This document shows positions 1 through 10,148 of a DNA stretch of 64,000 nt, piece after piece (positions within the stretch are counted from its first letter, which is position 1; the number at the start of each line of letters is the position of its first letter). The DNA is from Rhodosorus marinus CCMP1338. Lineage: Eukaryota > Plantae > Rhodophyta. The position numbers and the translations under genes are program-made. The notes beneath the pieces are model-generated. The model was given only the letters and a program-made list of their open reading frames with translations, did no database searches and had not been told where the DNA came from. Location: contig JAMWBK010000004.1 in the NCBI GenBank assembly GCA_029953675.1, positions 1,054,001 through 1,118,000 on the forward strand, in the 5' to 3' direction.

Positions 1-180
1 AGACACTTAAACTGCGTAAGAGTTCCAAGTATTCGGTAGGATGCTCAGCGAAACATTTCCGCAACCACTCCAAACCCGACTTCTCCACGTGACCAAAGCC
101 TTCCACAATGAAAGGCTGGAACCGGTGGGAGCGACCCTCTGCGCAATACAGACCGGCCATACTCTCAGCATACCGTCGCT
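1..180 (-). mobile_element. Family B CRE-like non-LTR retrotransposon, RLE/3' coding fragment; continues left of the window
   Basis: Minus strand reads RYAESMA..HRFQPFIVE.FGHVEKSGLEWLRKCFAEHP, matching the family B C-terminus at 19856-20398. Confidence 0.85.
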
Positions 181-1479
181 CATTCTAACATCGTCTTATG
201 CGCCTCGCAAGACGTAAAAGTTAAAGCGGACGATCTGAATTCATATTCCTTCATAGTAAAGACCGACATCTATCATTTTTGACGATGTATGTATCAACAG
301 CTTCTCTAGAGGACCGGCTCAACAGGGTTGTTGAGGAAATGAATTGCCACCCTGGGCCGGGGAAAATAGGCGGACAATATTTCGCATTTGCCCACGCTCG
401 GCAGAATGCAAGTCAATAGCGTAGGCTAGTATGAGGTGTCTCTTTAACCCCAAGACCCTAAACCCCTACCGCCCAAACCGCTTCCATGGATCAGTGGAAG
501 TAGAAATAGTCGTAAATATTGGCTTTACCACCCAGAATGAAATTGTTACACAGAAACGTCTAACCTCCATTTTATGGTTGAAAACGTAGAAAACTCTTGA
601 AAAAATTTTATTGACTGAATCAGAGATTTTATTCACCAATATAAATATATTTCAAGCAGATTTAATAGGCGCGCCCAACCGCCACCTGGACTTACAGGTC
701 TTCCTTCTCCCTAGTCTTGCGAAGCGCAGCATGCTATGTTAGTAAAACCTGCAATAGTATATAAATTATATTATAATTGATATCACTTGAAACGGAAACG
801 TCGCCTCTGACACAGATTCGCAACAAAACAACTCTCCCCTCAATACTGGCTTTACTACCCTCAATACTAGCTTTGGATTTGTAACAAACCCAGCTGATGG
901 AATCGTCCAGACAAGACCAACCTTGTAAAGGTTTTTTCATGAAAACAGTTAATGTACCCATGCGTTGTGGAGGAGTGGAGGCTGACCAGCTGGAATGAAT
1001 GAACTTGACGCGGGCGCGCTTAAGAAAGCGAAAAAGGCAATTTTTGAGGGCTTTTGCGGCCTCTGTATGGATAAAAACGATTGGTTATACTCTCCAGCAG
1101 AATTGCTACCTCTGCCTTCTGGATCACCGCCATGGCTTCTTTGGAGGGTACTTGGACCAAAGGTTCTACTGTACGCAGAGTATCCCAAGGAGACTCTACG
1201 GTAATCCTGATCTCAAAATGAACTTCGATTTGTGGAGGGGGCAACCAGCGGCGTGGAAATTTACAACTCTCCATTGTCACCAATGGCTCCCACGGAACGG
1301 CGAGGTTGACAACCGGATTTACACTTCAGATATCTGAAACTAGTCCTCGACGTATCCAAGAGCTCCTTTGATAGCCTATATATCCAAGCTCGCCGTGGTC
1401 GAATGAATATGTTTCTTCACCGTAGTCGGTGTTTAGGAAGAGCTAAGTGGTGAGTCAAAACTTCTAGTTCGGAGCAGCC

Positions 1480-2013
1480 ATGAAGGGAATAGCAGTTATT
1501 TGTGTTATCGCGTGCACTATCGGCGTAGCTGTCTCGGTGCAGCTTGGGGGTCGCGCTGAACCGGAGATTGATCCGCCGATTCCTCCAGTTGGACGTCCTT
1601 CGGAGTACAAGGACCTCTCCATCACGGTGCTGGAGGTCAACGGTGAGGAGAGCTATCTGTGGTGGCGGGTAGACAGTGGGATCAACTGGTGGCCAGATCC
1701 GTATGTCGTCATCACGGCCTACCGGAAAGACGGACCCAAGAGAACGCGACGGACGTCAGTGAAGTCGGTCAAATCCCATCGCGTCGTCTTCAACCAGAAC
1801 CTGAGCTTCGGGAGAGGCATCTGGGAGTCGATCTACGTCGAAGTATGGGATTCAGACTCGTGGCCATCGAGTGATGATAACATACTCAAGTCATCGGTCA
1901 TTGGCGTCGATGAATTCATCACCGGAAGGTACAGAACCGATCCAGTTCGTTATCGCGGCTTTGAGAACAGAAATCAGGGCACGAAGGTGTACCTTACCGT
2001 ACGACTTCAGTGA
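1480..2013 (+). CDS. Secreted C2-domain protein, 177 aa
   Basis: Hydrophobic N-terminus (MKGIAVICVIACTIGVAVS), Pro-rich linker, then a C2 pattern: DPYVVI..RTSV..VFNQNLSF..IYVEVWDSDSWPSSDDNI. Confidence 0.8.
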   Translation: MKGIAVICVIACTIGVAVSVQLGGRAEPEIDPPIPPVGRPSEYKDLSITVLEVNGEESYLWWRVDSGINWWPDPYVVITAYRKDGPKRTRRTSVKSVKSHRVVFNQNLSFGRGIWESIYVEVWDSDSWPSSDDNILKSSVIGVDEFITGRYRTDPVRYRGFENRNQGTKVYLTVRLQ

Positions 2014-2599
2014 AACCACCACCACTTCAGTAAGATAGCTCATCAATCGGCGAACTCGCCTAGAGGGGGCTCAGTTAGAGATTCAAATTTGTATCCATAG
2101 CACACTAAATGCTTCCGCTAACAAAGCTCACTCGCCGGCTTCCCGGACGAGGACGGAACCTAAGCGTATCGAGTGCGAATCGTAGGCCCGGTACCGTGTT
2201 TCCTGTGGTTCCGTTAGTTTCGGGAGTTCATACGTGACGTATCGTTCTAGATCATTAGAAAGCGCACTAAAGTTCAAATTTGATGTGACTTGACTAGTAC
2301 TTTTTTGAAAGTCTATGAAGACGCTGATTGATCAGGAGCTGCAGCTTATGTGCCAAAAGAATAACTTCAAGCGGGATCTGTGAGCAGCCAGCTGCCAATT
2401 CTTCATCGATTGTTGCTTGGAATGTACTCAATGCGACTCCGTCCAAAACTACGACTCCCTCAATCGCCTTGGATCTTCAGCTGAGTCCATAGGAATAGGT
2501 GACGGTGAACAGGTCATGAATGAAGAGTTGTCAGGGACGTAAGTAGATGAATAGACGTCGTAGTCCACACAACGCCTCGCTTCTTCAGTAGTTGGCGAC

Positions 2600-3800
2600 A
2601 GACTCTGAAACACAATTGGACTGGATCTAGCTACCTAGGAGCGCTACTCGACGCCAGCACGTCGACGAACCTCACCGAACAGCATGGCATTCGACTCCTG
2701 CTACACTCGACGGATCAACTTGGAGAACAATTAATCGAATCGAGCCTGCAATCAAAACGCAGATTGTCACGAGGAACACCGACCCCCATACTCCGCCTTA
2801 CGGAATGGCGAGCGTTGGAGAGTCAAGAACAAGAAGGGTACCCGCACACACCACCCGACAGGCCCTTGGTCGGTTCAACTCAAAAACTCCTCTCCAACTG
2901 GAATCACGGACGGGCATTCGAGGAATTGGTGGGGAACGCGGAGATCAGCCAGACGATACGTGCGCGGACACGCTCCTGCAAGGGATCTGGAGGAGGTACC
3001 TGGCTGCGAGACTTGCGAACGAAACACGGACGGGGTCTGAGTAGCGTGCGTGGAACTGAACCTGAGCCTGCGACAATTGTTGGGATTGCCGCTGCCGGAT
3101 GTACGAACACTTAGTACGTGTACGATCTGTTCACAACCACACCACGCTGCAGGCATTCAACGCCTCCGCCACTGCACCAGCTCTACCGGGAGCTGGGCAC
3201 TTCGGCAAAACATGGTCAGGGATGCACTGGCGACAGTAATGAGACAATGGCGACTCGAAGTGACAGTAGAACCGACTGGACACTACCAAAGCAGTCGGCT
3301 TCGGCCTGACATCCAAGCTCGACATCCACGAACAGAACAGGCAAGCTCTACATGATCGATGTGAAGGTGACCTCGCCGTTGCAAAGAACACACCTACACA
3401 AAGCGTCTTGGGAGACCGGATATGCGGCACTCAAAGCGGAAAAGTTTAAAGAGTCCAAATGCCGTGACAGTATCGGAGAACACAACGACCACATCTTCAT
3501 CCCCTTCTGTCTAGAAACATTTGGGTGTGGGAAAACAAGCGAGTGAATTCCTGCAGGAAACGACTGTACACCTGGATCAGCGGGCAACGCGAGTAAGTGA
3601 GGCTCGGGCGATCTTAAACCGCACCCTGTGGAAAGGCAACGCTATCCTTGCCACCCAGGCTCGTTTCGACGAAGTAGACTATGACATCGTCCCAATCTTA
3701 GAACGTACCCACACAACCCAATAGGAGTTTCGTTGCTGACCAATAGCGTCCTTATTCCCTCTTAATGGGCTCCAATAGGGAGCTCTTCAGTAAAGTGTAC
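2600..3800 (+). mobile_element. Family C (C1) CRE-like element, 5'-truncated and frameshifted
   Basis: ARTRSCKGSGGGTWLRD, LRQLLGLPLP, C..C..H zinc knuckle, RLRPDIQARHPRT, IDVKVTSP, KFKE, PFCLETFG (RLE). The 3' end GGGCTCCAATAG..AGTAAAG is shared with the copy ending near 47490. Confidence 0.85.
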
Positions 3801-4207
3801 AAGGTTACAGATAGTGATAGACTATTAAAAAACAGTATAAAAGAACTGGGTATCTGAGCGAAAATCTTCCCACAAAAACAGGCGCGATTCCTCGATAAGG
3901 GGGTCCAATAAATGGTCCGACATTCAATCAACGTTAGTATTATTAGACAGGAGATGATTGATTCTTTTTTCAATTATTATTAATCATCTCCAGCCCAGGT
4001 ATTGAATCATGATTACTTCTGAGGTAGCAAGCTCTCACTCGCATATCCGTTGGAAATCTGTCTCCGGCATTGAATAGCGATCATTTCAGGGTGTGACAGA
4101 CTGTCCCTATCAATTTAATGGTTTTTCTATATACTGGATGACCACAGCGCCGTCGTTTTAGCGCATCTGGGTTTGGTATAATAGCCAAAGCCCGAGTAGT
4201 GATAGAG

Positions 4208-4269
4208 GGGATAGTGGAAGAGAGAAAAGAAGAGAGATGGGATAGTGGAAGAGAGAAAAGAAGAGAGAT
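4208..4269. repeat. 31-bp direct tandem duplication
   Basis: GGGATAGTGGAAGAGAGAAAAGAAGAGAGAT occurs twice in tandem. Confidence 0.9.
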
Positions 4270-5355
4270 GCGCAGCCGCAAAAGTTGAAATTCTTGAGAC
4301 AGGTGAGTTCTTACAGTGGATTGTGTCTATTGCGTATTGGTGTGAGCTTCATCATCGAATCGCGTAGAACGCTTTAGCCGGAAGGGGTTGCACGAAAGCG
4401 AATTGTTCGCGTCGCTTTCTCGGGCGATTTTGGAAACCGAATTTTCATCAGATATTTACAACAATATCATTATAAAATGGAGGCATCTCATAGTTAGTAT
4501 TTTATGCAGAGTTTGTTTTGTCCGACACTTTTATTGAGTTTGTCTTCTACAACATTTTTATTGATTTATAGGAAGTTAGGACCCACGTGTGTGCGGAGAA
4601 AATTTGATCCTCCAAAAAAGAACACACTTCTAAACAGTTTCTCATTTTTTTCGATGAATGATGAGAAGCGGCGAAAGCTTTAGCTTCGTTCTCTTCGAAT
4701 TTTGAAGCTTCAGCTTTAGCTCATCATCGAGTGCACTTGGCAGTTTATGGATCCTTTGGTTCCCGTTGACTAAGTGTCTCAGGGCCTTGTTTGTCCGATT
4801 GACGTTTCTTCTTGTGGTGCCCGTATGAACGCTCATTGATGTTGGAAAGAGGTGCAAATATGCGGTTTAGCTCATCGTCGAGTACTTGGCAATTGAGTGA
4901 TGTGAGTTTATGGATTCCTTTGGTTCCCGTTGACTAACTGTACTCGGGGCTTTATAACCCCATGAACTGACCCTCAAGAATACATATATAGGACGGAAAG
5001 ACCTCGAATCCAGAAGGAGAGCAGCGTTGCTTCGCGACGAATTGTCTTCGATTGAACAAATTCATTCTGTAGTTGCGTGGAGGATTGTTCTTGTTAGTTT
5101 CTGCAAAGAGCAGAAAAATACATTTGAGAGCGGAGGGTCCTGAGTTGTAGCACTGAATGAATGTACCACTAGAGCACGAACGTCGCCAGCACCACTGCTA
5201 AACTACTGTTCTCAAATAGGAAAATTTCGGAGCCGAGCAACCTTTCAATGTCAAGTGCACGGTTTTACGTTATACATGATATATGTTTGCAACTGCGGAA
5301 TTATGTAGACTGTACTCTGAGAAGGTTTCTACATCATGGTGAACAAAGGTTGATC

Positions 5356-7290
5356 TCACACCTTGCGAGCCACGAATATCTCACAAGCTTTGCTGCCCTT
5401 CCGTCCTGAAGCGACAACCCAACCGTCGGGATCTACAACCAGGCAGGCCATGTTCAACGCTGGAGCAGCGGGCACGAGGCTTATGTAGCCCTTATTCCCA
5501 ATCTCCATGAAGAATTCTGCCTTGTCAGAAGGCGGTCTATCTATATCCCTCGTGGCTGTCACCCTGCCAGTCCCAACATCAACTTCTAGCTTCTTTCCGG
5601 TAAGCCTTGACTGAAGTTCCACCTTTCCATTCCTCGAGTGCATAACTGTGAAGAGGAAGGATTTAATCTTTGATGGCAAAAGAACCTTCACCGCCCGTAT
5701 CTGGGATTCTCCAGTCGTCTCCACTAGACGATTTTGAGCGCTCATTCGCAAGATGACTTTGCTTCCAGACAACGGAACTGGTCCAGAGCTAAGGGAAACT
5801 TTCATCTTCCTATCATTTGCACGTGATGTGGACGCAATTATTCTTCCCCTTTCGGATCCCTCTTCCGGTCTTAGGTAACCAAAGCCCTGTCTCGCCGATT
5901 GGACTGCTTCTTCTCCAGCGCCAACATTCCTCAGTCTAAATTTGAGCCTGGTATTCCAAGAGTTGGGGTTATACCATGTAGAAGCTTTAAGAACAACTTC
6001 AGCGCCCTCCTTGATAAGAGTCGCCACTCTTCCATTCACAGTTGACCTCAGCGAGAAAAGGGAGCCCGGCGAGGGTTCTCCAATCATCATCCACTGCGAG
6101 GCAAAGCGTGCCACCTCTGACTCGGCGTACACCTGATCGCTTGCATTGTCCTTTGACAGGAACAGACCGGCTCCGCTTGACTTGAGCGCCACGATGGAGC
6201 CGGAAGGTGTGTATGTATCGGACGGTGTGATATCCGGTACGATCTCTTGAAATCCATCTAGCGTCCTGAAAATATATCCGTAGGGAGTTCTTTCCATCGG
6301 TCCACGGTATAATTGGCTACCCATTTCCCACTTAACGTTTCCATCCGCATCCAGTTTTATAATGTTTGAACCGCCTAGCACCACCCCTCCATCCTCATCC
6401 GCGAGCATCGAGTACAGGACAGTGCTCGGGATCTCCGTAATTGTCTTCTTCCACAGGATTTGCCCACCTTTGCCTAGCTTGTGGACGCGATAGTTTTGAG
6501 GTGCGGAGGTGTCATGGTCTAGGTTCGTCGTACAACCAACAAAGTAGCTTCCATCGGCTCCGTATACTGGTGCCGCGTTCCTTTCCTGGCTACAAAAACT
6601 CCCGGTGGTGCTCAGTTTCTTTCTCCATAATAGCGTCCCGGATTTCGATATTTTGTGGACGAAGAGATCTCCACCGCTGTTCATAGAAGATATGATATTA
6701 AGGTTCTCCACCTCGACAATACCACCTCCCCGTTCTCTATAGTACTGTCCTGGTGAGAAAAATTTTCTCCAGAGACGGTTCCCGTCTGCATCCAACTTGA
6801 GAATCTCTGCTTCGGCAACAACAATTGACCCGTCTCTGAGCTCAATCACCCCGGTGGGAAAGTCATCCTCTATGAAGTCAAAAGGGTGGTCCCAACTCAA
6901 GTCACGGTTCGAGTCGAATCTCTGCACACCTGCATCCTCCCCAGAATACGACCTTGTACCGGCTATGACTATGTCACCGTTCCTCGTGCGAGCAGCAACT
7001 TGGCATTGAGAATCGTGCGGAACCAAAAGTTTTCTCTCAGATACCACATACGACCCTCTGGTAATCTCAAAGTATTCGCAACCTATTCCGTTGTAACCAT
7101 TTTTACCAACAACCCCAAAGCTATCGCCTTCCAAAGGAAATACGTAAGACAAGAACGTCGGCGTCTGAGGATCATTTCTCGCGTTGTCATAGCTAAAAGT
7201 GATCGTGGAGGATATCTTCTCCGCTGTACTAAAAGTGGAGAATACAGCCCCCAAAGCAAGGACACAGAATAGAGTACTCAGTCGAATCAT
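5356..7290 (-). CDS. Secreted beta-propeller protein with a C-terminal fascin/beta-trefoil-like region, 644 aa
   Basis: Long intact ORF with signal peptide (MIRLSTLFCVLALGAVFS). Repeated KLD.DGN..W.K blade motifs in the N-terminal 350 aa. The C-terminal half has repeated 'VALKS..GLFLS' / 'LRS..NGR' strand patterns, so the beta-trefoil call is an inference. Confidence 0.75.
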   Translation of the reverse strand: MIRLSTLFCVLALGAVFSTFSTAEKISSTITFSYDNARNDPQTPTFLSYVFPLEGDSFGVVGKNGYNGIGCEYFEITRGSYVVSERKLLVPHDSQCQVAARTRNGDIVIAGTRSYSGEDAGVQRFDSNRDLSWDHPFDFIEDDFPTGVIELRDGSIVVAEAEILKLDADGNRLWRKFFSPGQYYRERGGGIVEVENLNIISSMNSGGDLFVHKISKSGTLLWRKKLSTTGSFCSQERNAAPVYGADGSYFVGCTTNLDHDTSAPQNYRVHKLGKGGQILWKKTITEIPSTVLYSMLADEDGGVVLGGSNIIKLDADGNVKWEMGSQLYRGPMERTPYGYIFRTLDGFQEIVPDITPSDTYTPSGSIVALKSSGAGLFLSKDNASDQVYAESEVARFASQWMMIGEPSPGSLFSLRSTVNGRVATLIKEGAEVVLKASTWYNPNSWNTRLKFRLRNVGAGEEAVQSARQGFGYLRPEEGSERGRIIASTSRANDRKMKVSLSSGPVPLSGSKVILRMSAQNRLVETTGESQIRAVKVLLPSKIKSFLFTVMHSRNGKVELQSRLTGKKLEVDVGTGRVTATRDIDRPPSDKAEFFMEIGNKGYISLVPAAPALNMACLVVDPDGWVVASGRKGSKACEIFVARKV

Positions 7291-7362
7291 GTTTCAATTT
7301 TTTTTTCCAACCCGAGGTTCCTTCGGCCGTCAGGAAGTATGAGAGCTCATCTCACCAAACTC

Positions 7363-7410
7363 TCATCCACTCCAATTCACTCCAATCCACTCCAATCCAC
7401 TCCAATCCAG
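7363..7410. repeat. 10-bp tandem repeat (ACTCCAATCC)x~4 upstream of the beta-propeller gene
   Basis: Sequence reads ...cactccaattcactccaatccactccaatccactccaatccag. Confidence 0.8.
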
Positions 7411-8496
7411 TCAATCTTGGGGAGATATGCGCTTCACCGGGAGTTTTCTCATCTACCTCTAAGGACTCGGTCAACATCTCTCTGACTGCGCGCACTGAAC
7501 AGCAGCATATTAATACCCTTCCGCCGTATGCGCAGAACGTGGAGGCTAACCCAATGTCGCTGAAGTGAAAAGACAAACCAAATCGGAGATTTTCATCCTT
7601 CTCATCCCTTCTTGGCCTTCCTCTTCTCAGCGGTCAAACATATCTGCTTGCGATATGACCATTCATAATTTTGAACACTCTGATCTGCAAGCATTCTAAA
7701 TGGTCTCAGATCATGATATGAATATCAGTGGACAGGTTACTGGTCCACCCGGAGGGTAAAAACTTGCTTGAGAACAAAGTACACTTCAAATTTAAGTTCA
7801 TATATATACATAACCCAAGATGCTGTTGCGTTACGGGCTAACTTAGATAATCCTGCAGGCAATAGGCAAAACAGATGGACTAATTTAGAACGTCATCAGC
7901 GTCTAGATCTGCGTGCAGAAGCATATTTTGTACGTGTCGTCACGTCCCTATCTAAAATATTTTATAATCAACAATAAATTGGGTAGCAAGGAATTTTCTG
8001 TTGCGAGTTTCTAGTCTCCAAGAAAGAAAAATCGTCTTATTTATAGAGTTCCATAACTTTGGATGCACTTCTAATAATGTTTAACGCTTTTTATACGTTT
8101 TTCATGCTATTTATTTTGCTTTTGGCCGCCCTAAAAATATTATTTTTACTTTGTTTTACAGTTTTTTATGCTCTATGCTCTATTATATGTCTTACCTTGT
8201 GAAAATGGATTCTCAGTTGTAAGCTATTCTCGTTGACTGGCTTCAGGCAGCCTGGTAGGCTGCTAGTCCAGATATACTGAAAAGCGGTCAAAACTGCATA
8301 AAAAGCCTAAAAAAACCAACACGTAGACCAGGCACATCTTGAGCTCGCGGTGCGAAATGATTGTGTTGCGTATGTAGGTTTTGGTTCGGGATGTTGCTCG
8401 TTTGGTACTGTATAGGGGGTTTCACATTTGTTTATTTTTATAGATTTGCTATTCATTTTTGATTGCCTCACTTCATTCGTACCCTGACCCCACGCC

Positions 8497-8962
8497 TCAA
8501 AATGATGAACGCCGTGTAGCCGACCTGGTGATCACCTGTGACGACAGCCGCCGTACCACATACGTTGATCTTGCTGTTCCTAACCCTCAAGCTAGTCGTT
8601 ATCTCCCGGCTGCGGGGGAGCGCCGTGGATCTGCCGCCGCCAGCATGAGACGCCGCAAAGAGATCAAATACGCGGGGGCTTTGTCTTCCCCTGGTGTTCG
8701 TGCTTCGGCACTAGCACATCGCTTGGTACCCCTGATCATTGAGTGCTTTGGGTTCATGGACTCTGTTGGTTCTCGCTGGCTTCGGGAGTTGTTCCGCGAA
8801 CGCCCTGACCGTCTTCAATCGTTGTTTACCCGCTTAAGTTTCCTGCTGTGGCGCATGAATGCCGCTTTGATGTTGGAGGCGCGAGTACTTCGCCGCGCTT
8901 AGTCTTTTTTTCCCCTGGGTTTTTTTTTTTTTTTTCAGCCTCCGATTAAACCATTCGTTCGT
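8497..8962 (+). mobile_element. Family A CRE-like 3' fragment: RLE domain, 3' UTR and tail
   Basis: RVADLVITCDDSRRTTYVDLAVPNP..KEIKY..PLIIECFG, near-identical to 10149-10615 (minus). Ends in CCGATTAAACCATTCGTTCGT. Confidence 0.9.
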
Positions 8963-9046
8963 CGACCCCTCAATGAGTACTCTAGCGTTCGTAGTCCCCG
9001 ACTGCGATGGGCCGTCCTCATTCACTACAGTAGAGACTCTATGACG

Positions 9047-9363
9047 GCAATAGTAGGGGTGTTGTGCCAAATTGGGTAGGGTTTTTGCGGGGGGGCGGGA
9101 TTTTGCCGAGGGGATCGGGATTTTCGCTGTTTACCCCTCTAAAACCCACTGTTTTCACAGGTTTAACCACTTCTTGGTCATAAACATCGAAAAAACCGAC
9201 CCACTTCGCACAACCCTAGTAATAGTAGGGTCTGCCAAGGCTGTCGGTTTTGCCTGTTAACTCTCTAGAACCCTCTGTTTTCGCGGGTTTAACCACTTCT
9301 GGGTCGTAAAGCGCGAAAAACCCAACCCACTTGGCACAACCCTAGTACTAGTAGGGTTGTGCA
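9047..9363. mobile_element. Tandem array of TIR mini-elements (MITE-like): two complete units and the start of a third
   Basis: Units 9054-9218 and 9226-9344 are bounded by TAGGG(T)TGTGCC..GCACAACCCTA inverted ends and share internal sequence. Spacers are GTAATAG and GTACTAG; the left flank is GCAATAG. Confidence 0.7.
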
Positions 9364-9845
9364 GGAAACGAATTACCCACCAGTGCCGGATGTGATGGTG
9401 ACATCGCCACTTCAAAGGCATCAGTTGAGACATACGAGCTGGAGCTGGGGGTATGCTGCGAAACAAGCAGAACAAGCGAAGGCGTTGCATTATAAGGAAG
9501 TGTTGAGCGGGCAAAACCGAGATGTGGTTCTTGTGCCGTTCATTTTTGAGACTTTTTGTCGAATAGGCCATGCAAGCCTTGAATTTCTTCGAACGGCGAG
9601 CGCGCACCTGCATGATCGTGACTCCCATCTATCGTCGGTGAGGGGTTAATTAAACCGCATTTTGTGGCAGCACAATGCTGCGCTAGTTGAGCACGCGATC
9701 GAGAAAGATCGCGCAGATAGACCCATATTTCCCCTAAGTAGAATTTAGATGAGACTGTTGGACAGGGAGTCCAGGTTTGGTTAGTGCGTACGTAGTGATC
9801 GTGTGATGCGCTACATTAGGTAGCTGCCCAATAAAGGCTACGGGG
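9362..9845 (+). mobile_element. Family C (C2-like) RLE/3' fragment
   Basis: DVMVTSPLQ..WGYAAKQAEQAKALHYKE..VPFIFETF. The 3' end GCTGCCCAATAAAG matches the C2 end at about 16490. Confidence 0.8.
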
Positions 9846-10148
9846 AATACGAACGAATGGTTTAATCGGAGGCTGAAAAAAAAACCCCAAGGGGAAAAAA
9901 AGACTAAGCGCGGCGAAGTACTCGCGCCTCCAACATCAAAGCGGCATTCATGCTCCACAGCAGGAAACTTAAGCGGGTAAACAACGATTGAAGACGGTCA
10001 GGGCGTTCGCGGAACAACTCCCGAAGCCAGCGAGAACCAACAGAGTCCATGAACCCAAAGCACTCAATGATCAGGGGTACCAAGCGATGTGCTAGTGCCG
10101 AAGCACGAACACCAGAGGAAGACAAAGCCCCCGCGTATTTGATCTCTT
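9845..10148 (-). mobile_element. Family A 3' fragment, tandem duplicate of the adjacent copy's 3' end
   Basis: ORF 9904-10125 is identical to the end of ORF 10210-11442 except for one residue; same 3' UTR and tail. Confidence 0.9.

Noticed and set aside
443-472. Telomere-like AACCCCAAGACCCTAAACCCCT
   Set aside because: Only one true CCCTAAA unit; too short and degenerate to call an interstitial telomere.
8240-8265. GC hairpin followed by CTAG, a possible Helitron 3' end
   Set aside because: The stem is only 7 bp, the spacing is atypical, and no Rep/helicase or 5' TC boundary could be supported.
9047-9363. CRISPR-like repeat/spacer appearance
   Set aside because: The context is eukaryotic, there are no cas genes, and the 'spacers' are homologous to each other. 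It is better explained as tandem TIR elements.
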